Program-made: the position numbers and the translations under genes | The notes under the pieces: generated by a model | What the model was told of the DNA's origin: nothing | The model's input: only the letters and a program-made list of their open reading frames with translations | Database searches by the model: none | DNA from: a virus | Virus record (IMG/VR): IMGVR_UViG_3300028588_000015 | Span: 70,721-134,720 of that record | Length of the DNA: 64,000 nucleotides | Reading direction: 5' to 3' (one strand) | Part shown: positions 38,722-48,305 of the stretch, one piece after another | Layout of the letters: each line of letters starts with the position of its first letter | How positions within the stretch are numbered: the first letter of the stretch is position 1

Positions 38722-39132
38722 TTGGAGAATGTTCCACAGTGGTTAATCCCAGTATTCAAGGGATTGCAAGAAAAAGCTTCACTAGACCCGGCAGTAATTC
38801 GCCACGGTGTCTTTGATATAAAGACTCATAACCGCGTTATCAGTGAAGGCGTATTAACGGCTGACGATATCGTAATAGGTATCAACCATGGTTTTGGTAA
38901 GTTTGCAGAAATGAGTTTCTACATCAATCGAGAACCGATGGGTAGTAACTATGGTGTAGTGTGTTTCAACATAGAAAAAGATGGTGCTGATGTTTCTCTA
39001 CTGGAAGGTAAATGCGATAGGGCGTTTGAAGAAGCACCTTCACGCACGGATGAAATCATCGATCACATTTGGGGTGTGTACGTAGCCTGGCGTGGCGTCA
39101 ACAAAATGCCGAGACTCAGCGTTGTAACTTAA
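38722..39132 (+). CDS. Hypothetical protein, paralog of 39149..39574
   Basis: GINHGFG...DHIW versus GISHGFG...NHIW. Confidence 0.6.
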   Translation: MENVPQWLIPVFKGLQEKASLDPAVIRHGVFDIKTHNRVISEGVLTADDIVIGINHGFGKFAEMSFYINREPMGSNYGVVCFNIEKDGADVSLLEGKCDRAFEEAPSRTDEIIDHIWGVYVAWRGVNKMPRLSVVT

Positions 39133-39148
39133 AAAAAGGAGAAATGAA

Positions 39149-39574
39149 ATGAACCAAATCGAGCAACTGATTCCCGAATATTTCCTCCCCGTCGTGGTGA
39201 ACTTGCGCGCAAGGGCCATGGTCGACAACAGTGGTCTCGGTTACGGTGTCATCGACGTGCTGTCGCCGCCAGAAGAGAAAGACAGCAAGTACCTCGAACT
39301 CGGTATCAGCCATGGGTTCGGCCATTACTCGGTCCACTCCGTTCTCATCGAGAAAAAACCGGAAGAAGAATACTTTTGCACGTTGCGGTTCCGGGACGTG
39401 ACCGCGTCGATCATCGACAACGATCAACACATCGTGGGCACCAAAATATTCGGTATCCCACTTTCGGCCGCCGGGGTCCCTTCCTTTGCGCTGCGCCATG
39501 AAGAAGTGGCCAATCACATCTGGGACTGGTTCAATACGAGAATTTTCCGTACCCATCTCGACGACGCGGCATAA
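39149..39574 (+). CDS. Hypothetical protein, paralog of 38722..39132
   Basis: Shared motifs; AGGAG RBS. Confidence 0.65.
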   Translation: MNQIEQLIPEYFLPVVVNLRARAMVDNSGLGYGVIDVLSPPEEKDSKYLELGISHGFGHYSVHSVLIEKKPEEEYFCTLRFRDVTASIIDNDQHIVGTKIFGIPLSAAGVPSFALRHEEVANHIWDWFNTRIFRTHLDDAA

Positions 39575-39632
39575 AACAATAGGGCGGGGTGACTCGCCCT
39601 ATTGTGCGCAATCTTAAACAAAGGAGAAAGAA

Positions 39633-40151
39633 ATGGTAGAGCACCCTAAGTGGCCAGCTTCGTGTGCGCGGCTGTATCAAAGCGTGCGCGAGGGCATGAT
39701 TGAAGTCAGTTGTCGGCATAAAGAAAAAAGTGGCCTGACCTACCCGTCCTTTGACTTTGTCAACATCGGCAAAGATCGTGTTGTGTTCTCGATGACGTGC
39801 ATGATCAAGTTCGTAAGGGATGCAACCGTCGAACAACAGAAGATGATGTTGCGCGGTCTTAACCACTACAACGAAAGGATGGTGCCGCGCAAGGTCATGG
39901 TAAGTTTACCTGACCCGGGCATCTTACCGATACTGGGCCCGGCCAAGAATGTGGTCTGTATCACGTTTGAAAAAACAAACGAATTGCCGGACCGTTTCGG
40001 TGTTCGCCCCACGCTGTCCTTCTTTTATGCCGATGACGGCGTTGAGAACAGCACACTGTGTTGGCCTTCATCCCAAGGTGGACCGCACATCACGGAATTT
40101 TTGACTCAGGGTACAATTAAGGGCAAAGACTTCTTACAACAACTGAAGTAA
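39633..40151 (+). CDS. Family B hypothetical protein
   Basis: C-terminal ITEFLTQG. Confidence 0.6.
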   Translation: MVEHPKWPASCARLYQSVREGMIEVSCRHKEKSGLTYPSFDFVNIGKDRVVFSMTCMIKFVRDATVEQQKMMLRGLNHYNERMVPRKVMVSLPDPGILPILGPAKNVVCITFEKTNELPDRFGVRPTLSFFYADDGVENSTLCWPSSQGGPHITEFLTQGTIKGKDFLQQLK

Positions 40152-40181
40152 TCTAAACAACAAAGAAAGAAGGGAAAAGAA

Positions 40182-40742
40182 ATGAGTAGTTACTACGAAT
40201 TGAGAGCCGACATACGGCTCAAGCCAGTCGAAGAAATCGGACTGGACATCCATGTGCTTTTGTTGCTATTGTTCAAAAGCCACGAAGCGCCGGAAGCTAC
40301 GAATGTCAATGAGAAAGCATGCGAGTGGTTTCCCGACCATCCTTTCTGGAAACAGGAACGGTACATGAATATCGGGTACGCCGGAATCAGTAGTTTGTGG
40401 AACAACAACGATCGTCCGGATTACCAACACCCCCTACTGAAAGTAAGGTGTGAAATCAACTATGGGCGCCAAGAGATCCTGATGTTTCTCGACTGGTTGA
40501 CGCCTTACGTTGATTCCATGGTGGAGCCCGGCGGTTACCACGATGAACACATGTACGACCGCTGCATCGAACGCACCGTCGTGACCTTTGAACCCGATCC
40601 CAGTGGCACGAAACGGTTCCTGTTCACAAAGCACAAGGTCGTTGATGGCGGTTGGGCGGGTCGAGAAACCAAGGAAGAGAAAGAGTGGATCGAAGACTAT
40701 CGGTCGCCCAAACAAACACCTGACTACCGCCAGAAACGCTAG
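40182..40742 (+). CDS. Hypothetical phage protein
   Basis: YYEL...PDHPFW..ER...EI..FLDWL.PY pattern. Confidence 0.65.
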   Translation: MSSYYELRADIRLKPVEEIGLDIHVLLLLLFKSHEAPEATNVNEKACEWFPDHPFWKQERYMNIGYAGISSLWNNNDRPDYQHPLLKVRCEINYGRQEILMFLDWLTPYVDSMVEPGGYHDEHMYDRCIERTVVTFEPDPSGTKRFLFTKHKVVDGGWAGRETKEEKEWIEDYRSPKQTPDYRQKR

Positions 40743-40787
40743 TCTTGAAAAAATACGATAGATGGTAATCAAATAAGGAGGAAGTTC

Positions 40788-41213
40788 ATGAGCACCCAAG
40801 ATCAGAATCAAGAAGTCCAGTTTGACACGGAGAAAGTTAATGCGCTGCCGGTATGGAAAGCGGAAGACCAGCTCACATCCATGGGCCTCGTCGCAGCATT
40901 CGCCAAAGAGTTCACGGCATCCGACGTTAGTGACGCCGAGCGACTCGCTGCGTTGGAAAGCATCGCCAAGACGGAACAAGCATTCGTCGATCAAGATACG
41001 CTCGTTGGGAAACTCGAGCTGGAGGTGTATTGTCAAGATCGCGCCGACCAGATGATCGCGCGTGAAGATGCACTTGCGCAGCTGGTGAGTGCTAAGAAAA
41101 GCCGGGCGTGGTTGAACATGCAAGGCCACGTACTCCAAGTGGTTATCGCGCTGGCCGATCTCGGTTACGGCGTGATCGAGTTGCCCAAGAAGGAATCCGG
41201 TAGCGATTCCTGA
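40788..41213 (+). CDS. Hypothetical protein
   Basis: AGGAGG RBS. Confidence 0.6.
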   Translation: MSTQDQNQEVQFDTEKVNALPVWKAEDQLTSMGLVAAFAKEFTASDVSDAERLAALESIAKTEQAFVDQDTLVGKLELEVYCQDRADQMIAREDALAQLVSAKKSRAWLNMQGHVLQVVIALADLGYGVIELPKKESGSDS

Positions 41214-41243
41214 TCAAAGAAGTTACGGTCACATATCACCTGT

Positions 41244-41401
41244 TTGAGATGTAGCGCTCTTATTGCGATACAGTGCCCTTTGTGCACACACCCTATTTGG
41301 CGCACTGTCCCCGTGACGTGCGTTAAATCCCGAAGGCCCTTTGTCTTCGGTGTTAACCCAGGCTTACTCCGCACCGAGTCGGACGCAGTCATTACTCTCA
41401 A
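41244..41401 (+). promoter_or_regulatory. Candidate structured 5' leader / small RNA
   Basis: Begins just after CACATATCAC; TTGAGA/TCTCAA closing helix with nested stems; ends at the RBS. Confidence 0.5.
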
Positions 41402-41413
41402 TGAGGAACTACC

Positions 41414-42295
41414 ATGCAAGCTATCAAAACCATCGATCTCCCGTTCATGTCGATCACGCTCACGTTGGCACCGGCCAAAGTGCAGCATCTCGACGAACTA
41501 CCGGATTACGTCCTCCCCTTCAAGGCGACCCGTGTGAATTCCGCCACCGAAGGAAGAACCGAAGATGAATTCGGTATCGCGTTGGACTTCAACGACATCG
41601 ACAAAGAGGTGTTCAAGGACGACCTCATTAAGTCAAATGGATTACAAGAAGAAGCGCTGTCATACAGCAGCAGCGCTTTTCTCCTGACCCAAGAAGCACT
41701 CAAGTACACGCTCAACAGTGCAGAAGTCGATAAGGCAATTCGCAACGCAGTGCGACTCGATAAAGGTCGTGTACCTGTTCTGAAATTCACTTCGCTTCAG
41801 AGCACGGTTCGGCGCCGTGGTACCGGCCGCGCAGTCCATGCACAAACGCTCATGCAGCAGATGTGGGAAGTGGCACGCGATAAAGCCATACGTACGGACT
41901 TCACCCATATTAACTTCAAGGACAACGACAACGGTGTGCTTGAACCCACCATCACGATGAGCCTCACCGGCGGCGTTGTGCTTGTTAGCCGCAGTGTAGC
42001 AAACGTCGCCCCGCTGGATAGCGCTAATCGCATCACTGGGTTAATGTCGGTGGGCGGTAGAGAACAAAACTTCTACATCACTCGCCCGCGCAATCCCTCG
42101 GTCTTCTTGAACTACCTCGAAGGCTATGGCGCACTGCAAGATGCCTACCAATTCGCCAAGGATGAAATCGAGGGGACAGTGATTGGTAAAGTACTACATC
42201 TTCCTGACCAGCTGATGTTTATCGGTACGCCCGACGTTAAGTTGGAGCCGGTCGCGGAAAACAAAGAAGGAAGCGACGAAGAATCTGCTGAGTAA
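41414..42295 (+). CDS. Hypothetical protein
   Basis: GAGGA RBS; ends before a hairpin. Confidence 0.7.
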   Translation: MQAIKTIDLPFMSITLTLAPAKVQHLDELPDYVLPFKATRVNSATEGRTEDEFGIALDFNDIDKEVFKDDLIKSNGLQEEALSYSSSAFLLTQEALKYTLNSAEVDKAIRNAVRLDKGRVPVLKFTSLQSTVRRRGTGRAVHAQTLMQQMWEVARDKAIRTDFTHINFKDNDNGVLEPTITMSLTGGVVLVSRSVANVAPLDSANRITGLMSVGGREQNFYITRPRNPSVFLNYLEGYGALQDAYQFAKDEIEGTVIGKVLHLPDQLMFIGTPDVKLEPVAENKEGSDEESAE

Positions 42296-42373
42296 TCTGT
42301 AGTAATAAGAGCCGGGTTCGCTCGGCTCTTTATGCCCATTTGCATTTATCAATTAAAAAGAAAGCGTTAAACC

Positions 42374-43144
42374 ATGAAACTTACGTTGAAAACTTTGCCG
42401 CGTTTTGAGGAGGATAAATTCGATCGTAACGTCCGTATTTTCCGTTACGTACTCGAAGGCGCTACGCTTCGCGCTGCATCCAACGCCGCCGGCGCCGGTA
42501 CTGCGGTCGGCGCGGCAGTGATCAAAAAGATGACGGAAGTCATCTCGCTCTATGGCAAACACATGCAGTATGCTCATCCGTATTCGATCGAGAAGTATCC
42601 CTACATGTGGCACCACACCCGTTTCGATAAGACCGATTCGCCGCAAATTTGTTTCGGCGACATTACCACGGCAGACTTGCGCGCTGAAAAAGCCTACTGG
42701 TTCGATATGCTGGAACGTTTCGTCAAATTCCAGAAGATGCCGCCCAATACGTCAGTTCTGAACGAGGGATCGTCAGCCGCGCTTCTGAATCTGTCGTTCT
42801 TTTCGTACCGGGCAATCGAAAAGATCTTCACCCGACGCAATAAGGACATGACGATCGTTCCGGAAAGCTTACATGTGACCGTGGGCCAAGTTGTCGATGT
42901 TATCCAGAAAGCTCCGCACTGGACACCGAAGACGGAAATTCAAACGGGCTTGAGTAAAGTGGTGCACGAAGACATCAAGCAAGAACTTAAGAAACGTGGC
43001 TTTGACATCGACGCCAAGCCCGGCACCTACAGCATGCGTGAACTGATGGCCAAAGCACTCGACTTGATCGAACACGCCCACATGTACAACAACCATCAGC
43101 GCCGTACCATTATCCACCTGCTGCGCGAAGCCACCAAAGAGTAA
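42374..43144 (+). CDS. Putative transcription regulator (HTH-like N-terminus, degenerate alpha-CTD-like C-terminus)
   Basis: RN..IF..VLEG.TL..A; LNLS..SY..I...TVGQV...GLSK...EDIK.EL.K.G. Confidence 0.45.
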   Translation: MKLTLKTLPRFEEDKFDRNVRIFRYVLEGATLRAASNAAGAGTAVGAAVIKKMTEVISLYGKHMQYAHPYSIEKYPYMWHHTRFDKTDSPQICFGDITTADLRAEKAYWFDMLERFVKFQKMPPNTSVLNEGSSAALLNLSFFSYRAIEKIFTRRNKDMTIVPESLHVTVGQVVDVIQKAPHWTPKTEIQTGLSKVVHEDIKQELKKRGFDIDAKPGTYSMRELMAKALDLIEHAHMYNNHQRRTIIHLLREATKE

Positions 43145-43241
43145 CTATCACCACAAGTCGATGCTTGTGCTTGTATTAACTTCCCCCTCGCTCGGTGACA
43201 TCGATAGCCGAGTCTTTTTTCTTATCATTACAAACTCTCCT

Positions 43242-43916
43242 ATGAACTTTCATCCTATCGTAACACCGTACGGCCGCCTCACTATCGTCCCGCCCGATAT
43301 GCCAGTCTATAACCCGCATGACATCCCAAATGCGATCATTCGCCTGACCAGGCATGACGGTGCAGATGAATCAACCGATCTCATGTTACCGTACAAGATC
43401 ACCGGCATGAACCGCACCAACGTCAATAGTCAACGCGTGGTGCATGCCCTGACTGGACTTGTTAATGCGCAGATCGAAAGCCGGGAATTTGTAGCAGTCT
43501 ATGGTCAATGCAGCCTTGGCAGTAAAAATAGGCAGTTGGCACGTGTGGGCGCAGCACTACAGCAGTCGCTGCCGGGTCGTACAGGTATCCATTACCGCAT
43601 CATGGACCCCGCCGCAAAAGACCGCGAGGTACGTAATTACCTCGTCTGCGCGGTGGTCAACGGGGTGGAGTTCCGTACTTGGCCTGACGAAGAAGAATAC
43701 AAGAGCAAGACCAACAATGCCGTCCGCACCGAGATTCACGGCACCTGCCAAATCTTCGGCCGAAAAACGCGCTGCACACTCAAGCACGATTTCTTTTCGC
43801 TTGACTTGTTCTCGCCTGAAAAATGGGAAGAAGTCACGATGAAGCGTGTGAACGAATACTTTCCCTTCCTGTATGGTACCGGCCTGTTCAGTGACCTGAT
43901 GTTCTCGGTCGGCTAA
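43242..43916 (+). CDS. Hypothetical protein
   Basis: Long ORF between hairpins. Confidence 0.55.
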   Translation: MNFHPIVTPYGRLTIVPPDMPVYNPHDIPNAIIRLTRHDGADESTDLMLPYKITGMNRTNVNSQRVVHALTGLVNAQIESREFVAVYGQCSLGSKNRQLARVGAALQQSLPGRTGIHYRIMDPAAKDREVRNYLVCAVVNGVEFRTWPDEEEYKSKTNNAVRTEIHGTCQIFGRKTRCTLKHDFFSLDLFSPEKWEEVTMKRVNEYFPFLYGTGLFSDLMFSVG

Positions 43917-44085
43917 GCTTTTCGGTTATCTGCTCCGCGAGTGGTTCACTCGCTTTGATGCCCTGTAGTTCGGGGCATCTTTTTTCTTTGGTTATTTGAA
44001 ACAGGATTCAAGTCCTTTACAGTCACATATAACCTGCCTGTACTGAGTCCAGTATTTCTATTAACCGTAAAGAAAGGAAGTAATC

Positions 44086-44367
44086 ATGAGCCAAGCCGCC
44101 GACCGTAACCTGACCTCCCATGACCTACTGCACGTTGGTATGTCGATGTTCGTATTCGGAAGCACCGACCAAAAACGCCTGCCGCCGTACATCCAAAATC
44201 AAGTGCGTGACGCCCGCGTCAACGAACTGAAAGCCAAGCAAGAACGTCTGCAAAATGCCGAGTGGACCATACCACGTTCGCTCTCTAAGGAAGAAGCCGA
44301 GGAACTCAAGACCCTGGAAGCCGAACAAGCTGCCAACCCCACCCGTACCCTTGCCGTCAAGCCGTAA
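44086..44367 (+). CDS. Small early protein
   Basis: Downstream of CACATATAAC; AAGGA RBS. Confidence 0.65.
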   Translation: MSQAADRNLTSHDLLHVGMSMFVFGSTDQKRLPPYIQNQVRDARVNELKAKQERLQNAEWTIPRSLSKEEAEELKTLEAEQAANPTRTLAVKP

Positions 44368-44474
44368 CGCTGTGAACCTCAGGAGTGACCCAATCGGGTC
44401 CTCCTGCTCGGGTAGTCATTTACTCAGTGATTGCCTTAGTTTTTTCTTGTTTGTTGACACAAAGGAAGTACATC

Positions 44475-44846
44475 ATGAAAGACAATATCCTTGCACAGAT
44501 GAAAATCTGCTTGGCCGCTTTATTAACGGTCTGCACTGTCGTCATGTTTTTCAGTGGTCCACCGGGCGTCTTAGCGCTGTGTTATATATTCATGCCGTGG
44601 GTCAAGAGCACCTACAATTACGAACTCGCTTACGACCCGCAGTATTTTGCGGTCACCGACACATTCCAAAACGTATTGACGGCCTCACTCGCCGTTGGCG
44701 TAGCGCTATTATTGGCGCGCATTGGATCGACCCATCCACGTTTCCGCTGGTGGGCGCATTTTGCTGTTTTAATGACGGCAGTAGTGACCATGGTCTTGAT
44801 GCTGTGGAGTATTGGTCAAGGCGCAATTAAAACAGGTAGTTTTTAA
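44475..44846 (+). CDS. Membrane protein (3-4 TM)
   Basis: Hydrophobic helices; directly upstream of an AAA ATPase. Confidence 0.6.
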   Translation: MKDNILAQMKICLAALLTVCTVVMFFSGPPGVLALCYIFMPWVKSTYNYELAYDPQYFAVTDTFQNVLTASLAVGVALLLARIGSTHPRFRWWAHFAVLMTAVVTMVLMLWSIGQGAIKTGSF

Positions 44847-44864
44847 AGAAAAGGGAAAATCATC

Positions 44865-46145
44865 ATGCAGTCAACTTCGTTAATGAATGTCATCAGTCAT
44901 TCGTCCAGTATCTGGACCATGCTTAGCAGTTTGTTACTGCTCTCCGGTGCTGGTTTACTCACCTACGCATTGCGGCGCATTCCTAGTAAGATCGGCCGTT
45001 TTCTTTTGGCCCGCTTTACGGTCAGCCTGACGATGCATACGGCTGATCCGACTAGTACCATGATTTCGCAATCCTTTTTCACTTGGTACATGAACAGCGC
45101 GGCGTCTAGACACATGCGGCGGTTCAGCTACGACACTGGTTGGAAAGATCGCGAACGGAATATGTCTGGCTCTGGACCTCGGCCTAACTCGGGCGTGTTC
45201 GCACCAGGTGTCGGGATTCATTTTTTCATGTTCAAGGGTACGCTGGCGTGGTTTACGCGCGAACGCAGCGCTAATTCGCTTAGCCCGAATACCCATGAAG
45301 TGGAAATCTATTTTGCAGGCACGCGCCGGCGGATTATCGAAGACTTCCTAGAAGAAATCAAACCAAAAGTCGACCGGCGCGATGTGCCGATCTACACACT
45401 TGGTCGCAAATACGGGGAAGCGAAGTGGGCCATGAGCCGCGTCAAGCGTAAACGCCAACTGGATTCGGTGGTCATTCGTCACGACATCAAAGACATGGTT
45501 GTCAACACGATTGACGACTTTTACAAGCGCGAGCATTGGTATCTCGAACGCGGTATCACGTACAAACTGTCCTTTATCCTTCATGGGCAACCAGGTACCG
45601 GCAAAAGCAGTTTCATCTTCGCGCTGGCGTCGCACTTCAATCGTCCGGTGTATATGGTGAACATGAACGCACTGAACGATACCACCTTTCAATCTGTGCT
45701 CGATGAGGTAGGTGAAAACGCTTTCATCGTGATCGAGGATGTGGACGTCGGCACAGCCACCGCTGAGCGGGAAGAGGAACCAGTCACCTTGGAAAAAGTA
45801 GTCAAGAACGGGGAAGAAAAGAAACAAGCCATTTCGATGAGCACGATTTTGAATACGCTTGACGGCATTGCCTCACTCACGGGCAATGTGATTTTCCTGT
45901 CCACCAACCACTTGCAGAATCTCGACCGTGCATTGACCCGCCGTGGCCGGATTGACCACATCATCGAAATACCACCAATGCGCCACGAAGAAATTCAAGA
46001 ATATGCGAGTTTGATGTACGAAAAAGAAGTCTTCCCGGTAGGCATCCACTTCAAGGACATGCCAGGCAGTGACGTCCAAGGGATTTTCTTGGACCACAAG
46101 GAAGACTTCGATGGCTTCGTGGCCGATATGTTGAAACACCAATAA
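44865..46145 (+). CDS. BCS1-like AAA+ ATPase (second copy)
   Basis: TM helix; PGVGIHFF; WY.ERGITYK; GQPGTGKS; IVIEDVD; ILNTLDG; STNH; RRGRID. Confidence 0.9.
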   Translation: MQSTSLMNVISHSSSIWTMLSSLLLLSGAGLLTYALRRIPSKIGRFLLARFTVSLTMHTADPTSTMISQSFFTWYMNSAASRHMRRFSYDTGWKDRERNMSGSGPRPNSGVFAPGVGIHFFMFKGTLAWFTRERSANSLSPNTHEVEIYFAGTRRRIIEDFLEEIKPKVDRRDVPIYTLGRKYGEAKWAMSRVKRKRQLDSVVIRHDIKDMVVNTIDDFYKREHWYLERGITYKLSFILHGQPGTGKSSFIFALASHFNRPVYMVNMNALNDTTFQSVLDEVGENAFIVIEDVDVGTATAEREEEPVTLEKVVKNGEEKKQAISMSTILNTLDGIASLTGNVIFLSTNHLQNLDRALTRRGRIDHIIEIPPMRHEEIQEYASLMYEKEVFPVGIHFKDMPGSDVQGIFLDHKEDFDGFVADMLKHQ

Positions 46146-46167
46146 ACTTTAAGAAAGAGGAAAGAAC

Positions 46168-46749
46168 ATGAGCAATATCGATAAACTGATTCACGAGTCG
46201 GCGCTCAAAAAGATCAAAGCTGGCATCGCCAAGCGTGGCTTTGAATGCGTGACATTCATCTCGGATGAAAACGGTGAACAACACCCGTACCACTATAGCG
46301 TGGGCTTGGCTGCCATGGGATTTGCCGAAATCTTCATCTCTGGCCGGCTGCCGCAAGAAACGGCCTACGCCTTCATCGAAAAGATGGTGGACACCTGGAA
46401 AGCCGAGAAAGGCGTGATGCTCGGTAAATTCGGCCCGTTCAAACGGCTGGTCGAAAAGGTGGCCCACAAAATGGTCAGCCGCAAGGCCACCGTAGTCGGT
46501 CACTTCCCGGCTGTTGCACGGCAGCGTAACGGTGCGGCTATCCCGATGACGGTACGCTGGGTATCGGTGGATGAACGTCGCCAAGCCGCCCCAAGTTTCA
46601 TGTCGTTCGTCTACGAAGTGTTCCCGGACCAAAAGAACATCCCGGTGGTCCAGTTGCTGTGGCCGGATGACCATGGCCAACTGCCAGACTCGCCGCATTA
46701 CACAGGTGACGAAGAGTACAAGCAAGAGTTGCTGCCGGTTCGAACATAA
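46168..46749 (+). CDS. DUF4262-like protein
   Basis: YHYSVGL...EIFISG...VVQLLWPD..G.LP. Confidence 0.65.
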   Translation: MSNIDKLIHESALKKIKAGIAKRGFECVTFISDENGEQHPYHYSVGLAAMGFAEIFISGRLPQETAYAFIEKMVDTWKAEKGVMLGKFGPFKRLVEKVAHKMVSRKATVVGHFPAVARQRNGAAIPMTVRWVSVDERRQAAPSFMSFVYEVFPDQKNIPVVQLLWPDDHGQLPDSPHYTGDEEYKQELLPVRT

Positions 46750-46758
46750 AGGAAAAAC

Positions 46759-47154
46759 ATGGCTTCCTACTATGAAGAATTGGTAGACGAAGTCGGTCGG
46801 GGTGTGGCGACTATCATCGGCACCCCTGATACGGTGATTCGCTATCAATTGCAACCAGCGCGTGTTTTATTGTTTTTGATCACTAGCGAGGACATGCGTG
46901 TCCGTATGGGTGCTGGCCATTTGAAGATGCGCGATCTGGGTTACTATGTGGTACTTCGCCCTACCTCAACTGCCGGCTATGATCCTTTGGTATATCCATT
47001 CGAAGTGGAATACACGACCGGCCAGGAGATCAAGGGTGACCCGATGATTGTCGGGACATACTCCGAAGAAATCCTCGACAGAGTCATCGGTTATGTGGCG
47101 CGATACCTGACCACGGGTCAACACCCAAACTTGGAAAAAACCATGATTAATTAA
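46759..47154 (+). CDS. Family B hypothetical protein
   Basis: VARYLTTGQHP. Confidence 0.6.
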   Translation: MASYYEELVDEVGRGVATIIGTPDTVIRYQLQPARVLLFLITSEDMRVRMGAGHLKMRDLGYYVVLRPTSTAGYDPLVYPFEVEYTTGQEIKGDPMIVGTYSEEILDRVIGYVARYLTTGQHPNLEKTMIN

Positions 47155-47166
47155 GGAATAAAGAAC

Positions 47167-47673
47167 ATGAATAAAGAAGAAAGCAATAAGAAAGAAGATA
47201 AAGACATGGCGGACAAACTGCAAGACATGCTTTTTGGCTGGGGCTTATATCTCCAGTATAAAGAGTGTATCGACCATCTTCTCCAGCTGTACGAAGTGTG
47301 GTGCGAAGAGAAAGTGTCCATCAGATTGTTCAGGGAGTACCTCGCGGCCGATCCTGACTTAGTGCGGGCAAGCTTTAAACTCATGCATGTAGCGCATGAG
47401 TACGACTCAACAATCGCCCAGGCTACAATCAAAGCCGCGATCGACAACATGATTCACAGCGCGATCGGTTCTCGGTGTCGTGAATTGGACAAGCTGGGAA
47501 ACTTTCCAATCTACACACTTTCTGTGGACAAAAAAACGTTCAGACTGGAAGTGGTAGGGTACCACTGGACGATGGTCGATACGCAGGGGCGTTTTCTCTT
47601 GGTAAAAACAGGGAACTACTTCCTGTCGAAAGAACATGCCCAAGCAGCAATTGCCCGCGCACTTGAGGAATAA
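47167..47673 (+). CDS. Hypothetical protein
   Basis: RBS, operon context. Confidence 0.55.
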   Translation: MNKEESNKKEDKDMADKLQDMLFGWGLYLQYKECIDHLLQLYEVWCEEKVSIRLFREYLAADPDLVRASFKLMHVAHEYDSTIAQATIKAAIDNMIHSAIGSRCRELDKLGNFPIYTLSVDKKTFRLEVVGYHWTMVDTQGRFLLVKTGNYFLSKEHAQAAIARALEE

Positions 47674-47769
47674 CGTGTGAAGAAATACGGGTGCTCTGTA
47701 GATATTGAATGCTAGGCAGTAATTAAAATAGCGCAGAGCACCTCTTTCTTTCTCATCTCTAGGAGCATT

Positions 47770-48189
47770 ATGTCCGAAGCCATCACTCCGACCGATCTCG
47801 CAAAACGCATCAGTTTCATCGATGCCGCGCGGTCGCTGCAATCCTACATCGGGAACAACAACCCGACCCAATTGCCGCTGCTGATCGTTTACAGCCAAGA
47901 CCAGAAGCGCATGTACATCGGTATCGTGAAACCCGGCTTCACGCCCGGCCCGATTCGGGACAATAAGTTCGCGGTTCGCGGTCATGTCTTCATCGTGTTC
48001 GATGCCAGCGAACTCTACCCCGATACCCCGATGGGCGTCATCTTCGATGATGAAAACCTCACCGAAGACCCGTCCAACGAGGTGCGCTATTACACGACAC
48101 TTGACACAGTGGTCATGGGCAACACAGCAATGGCATATCTGGGCCTGATCGACGACAGTTCGCTGGCACCGGCAGGCCCCAGCGCGTAA
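47770..48189 (+). CDS. Hypothetical protein
   Basis: AGGAG RBS; hairpin downstream. Confidence 0.65.
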   Translation: MSEAITPTDLAKRISFIDAARSLQSYIGNNNPTQLPLLIVYSQDQKRMYIGIVKPGFTPGPIRDNKFAVRGHVFIVFDASELYPDTPMGVIFDDENLTEDPSNEVRYYTTLDTVVMGNTAMAYLGLIDDSSLAPAGPSA

Positions 48190-48305
48190 ATACCACATAC
48201 AACACGGCTAGGGTTACCCCTAGCCGTTATGCCGGATTCGTAAAAGATACTAGGTTAATTTAACTATGGGACGAGACACCGTCCGCAAAAAAAGAGGATA
48301 GAACA

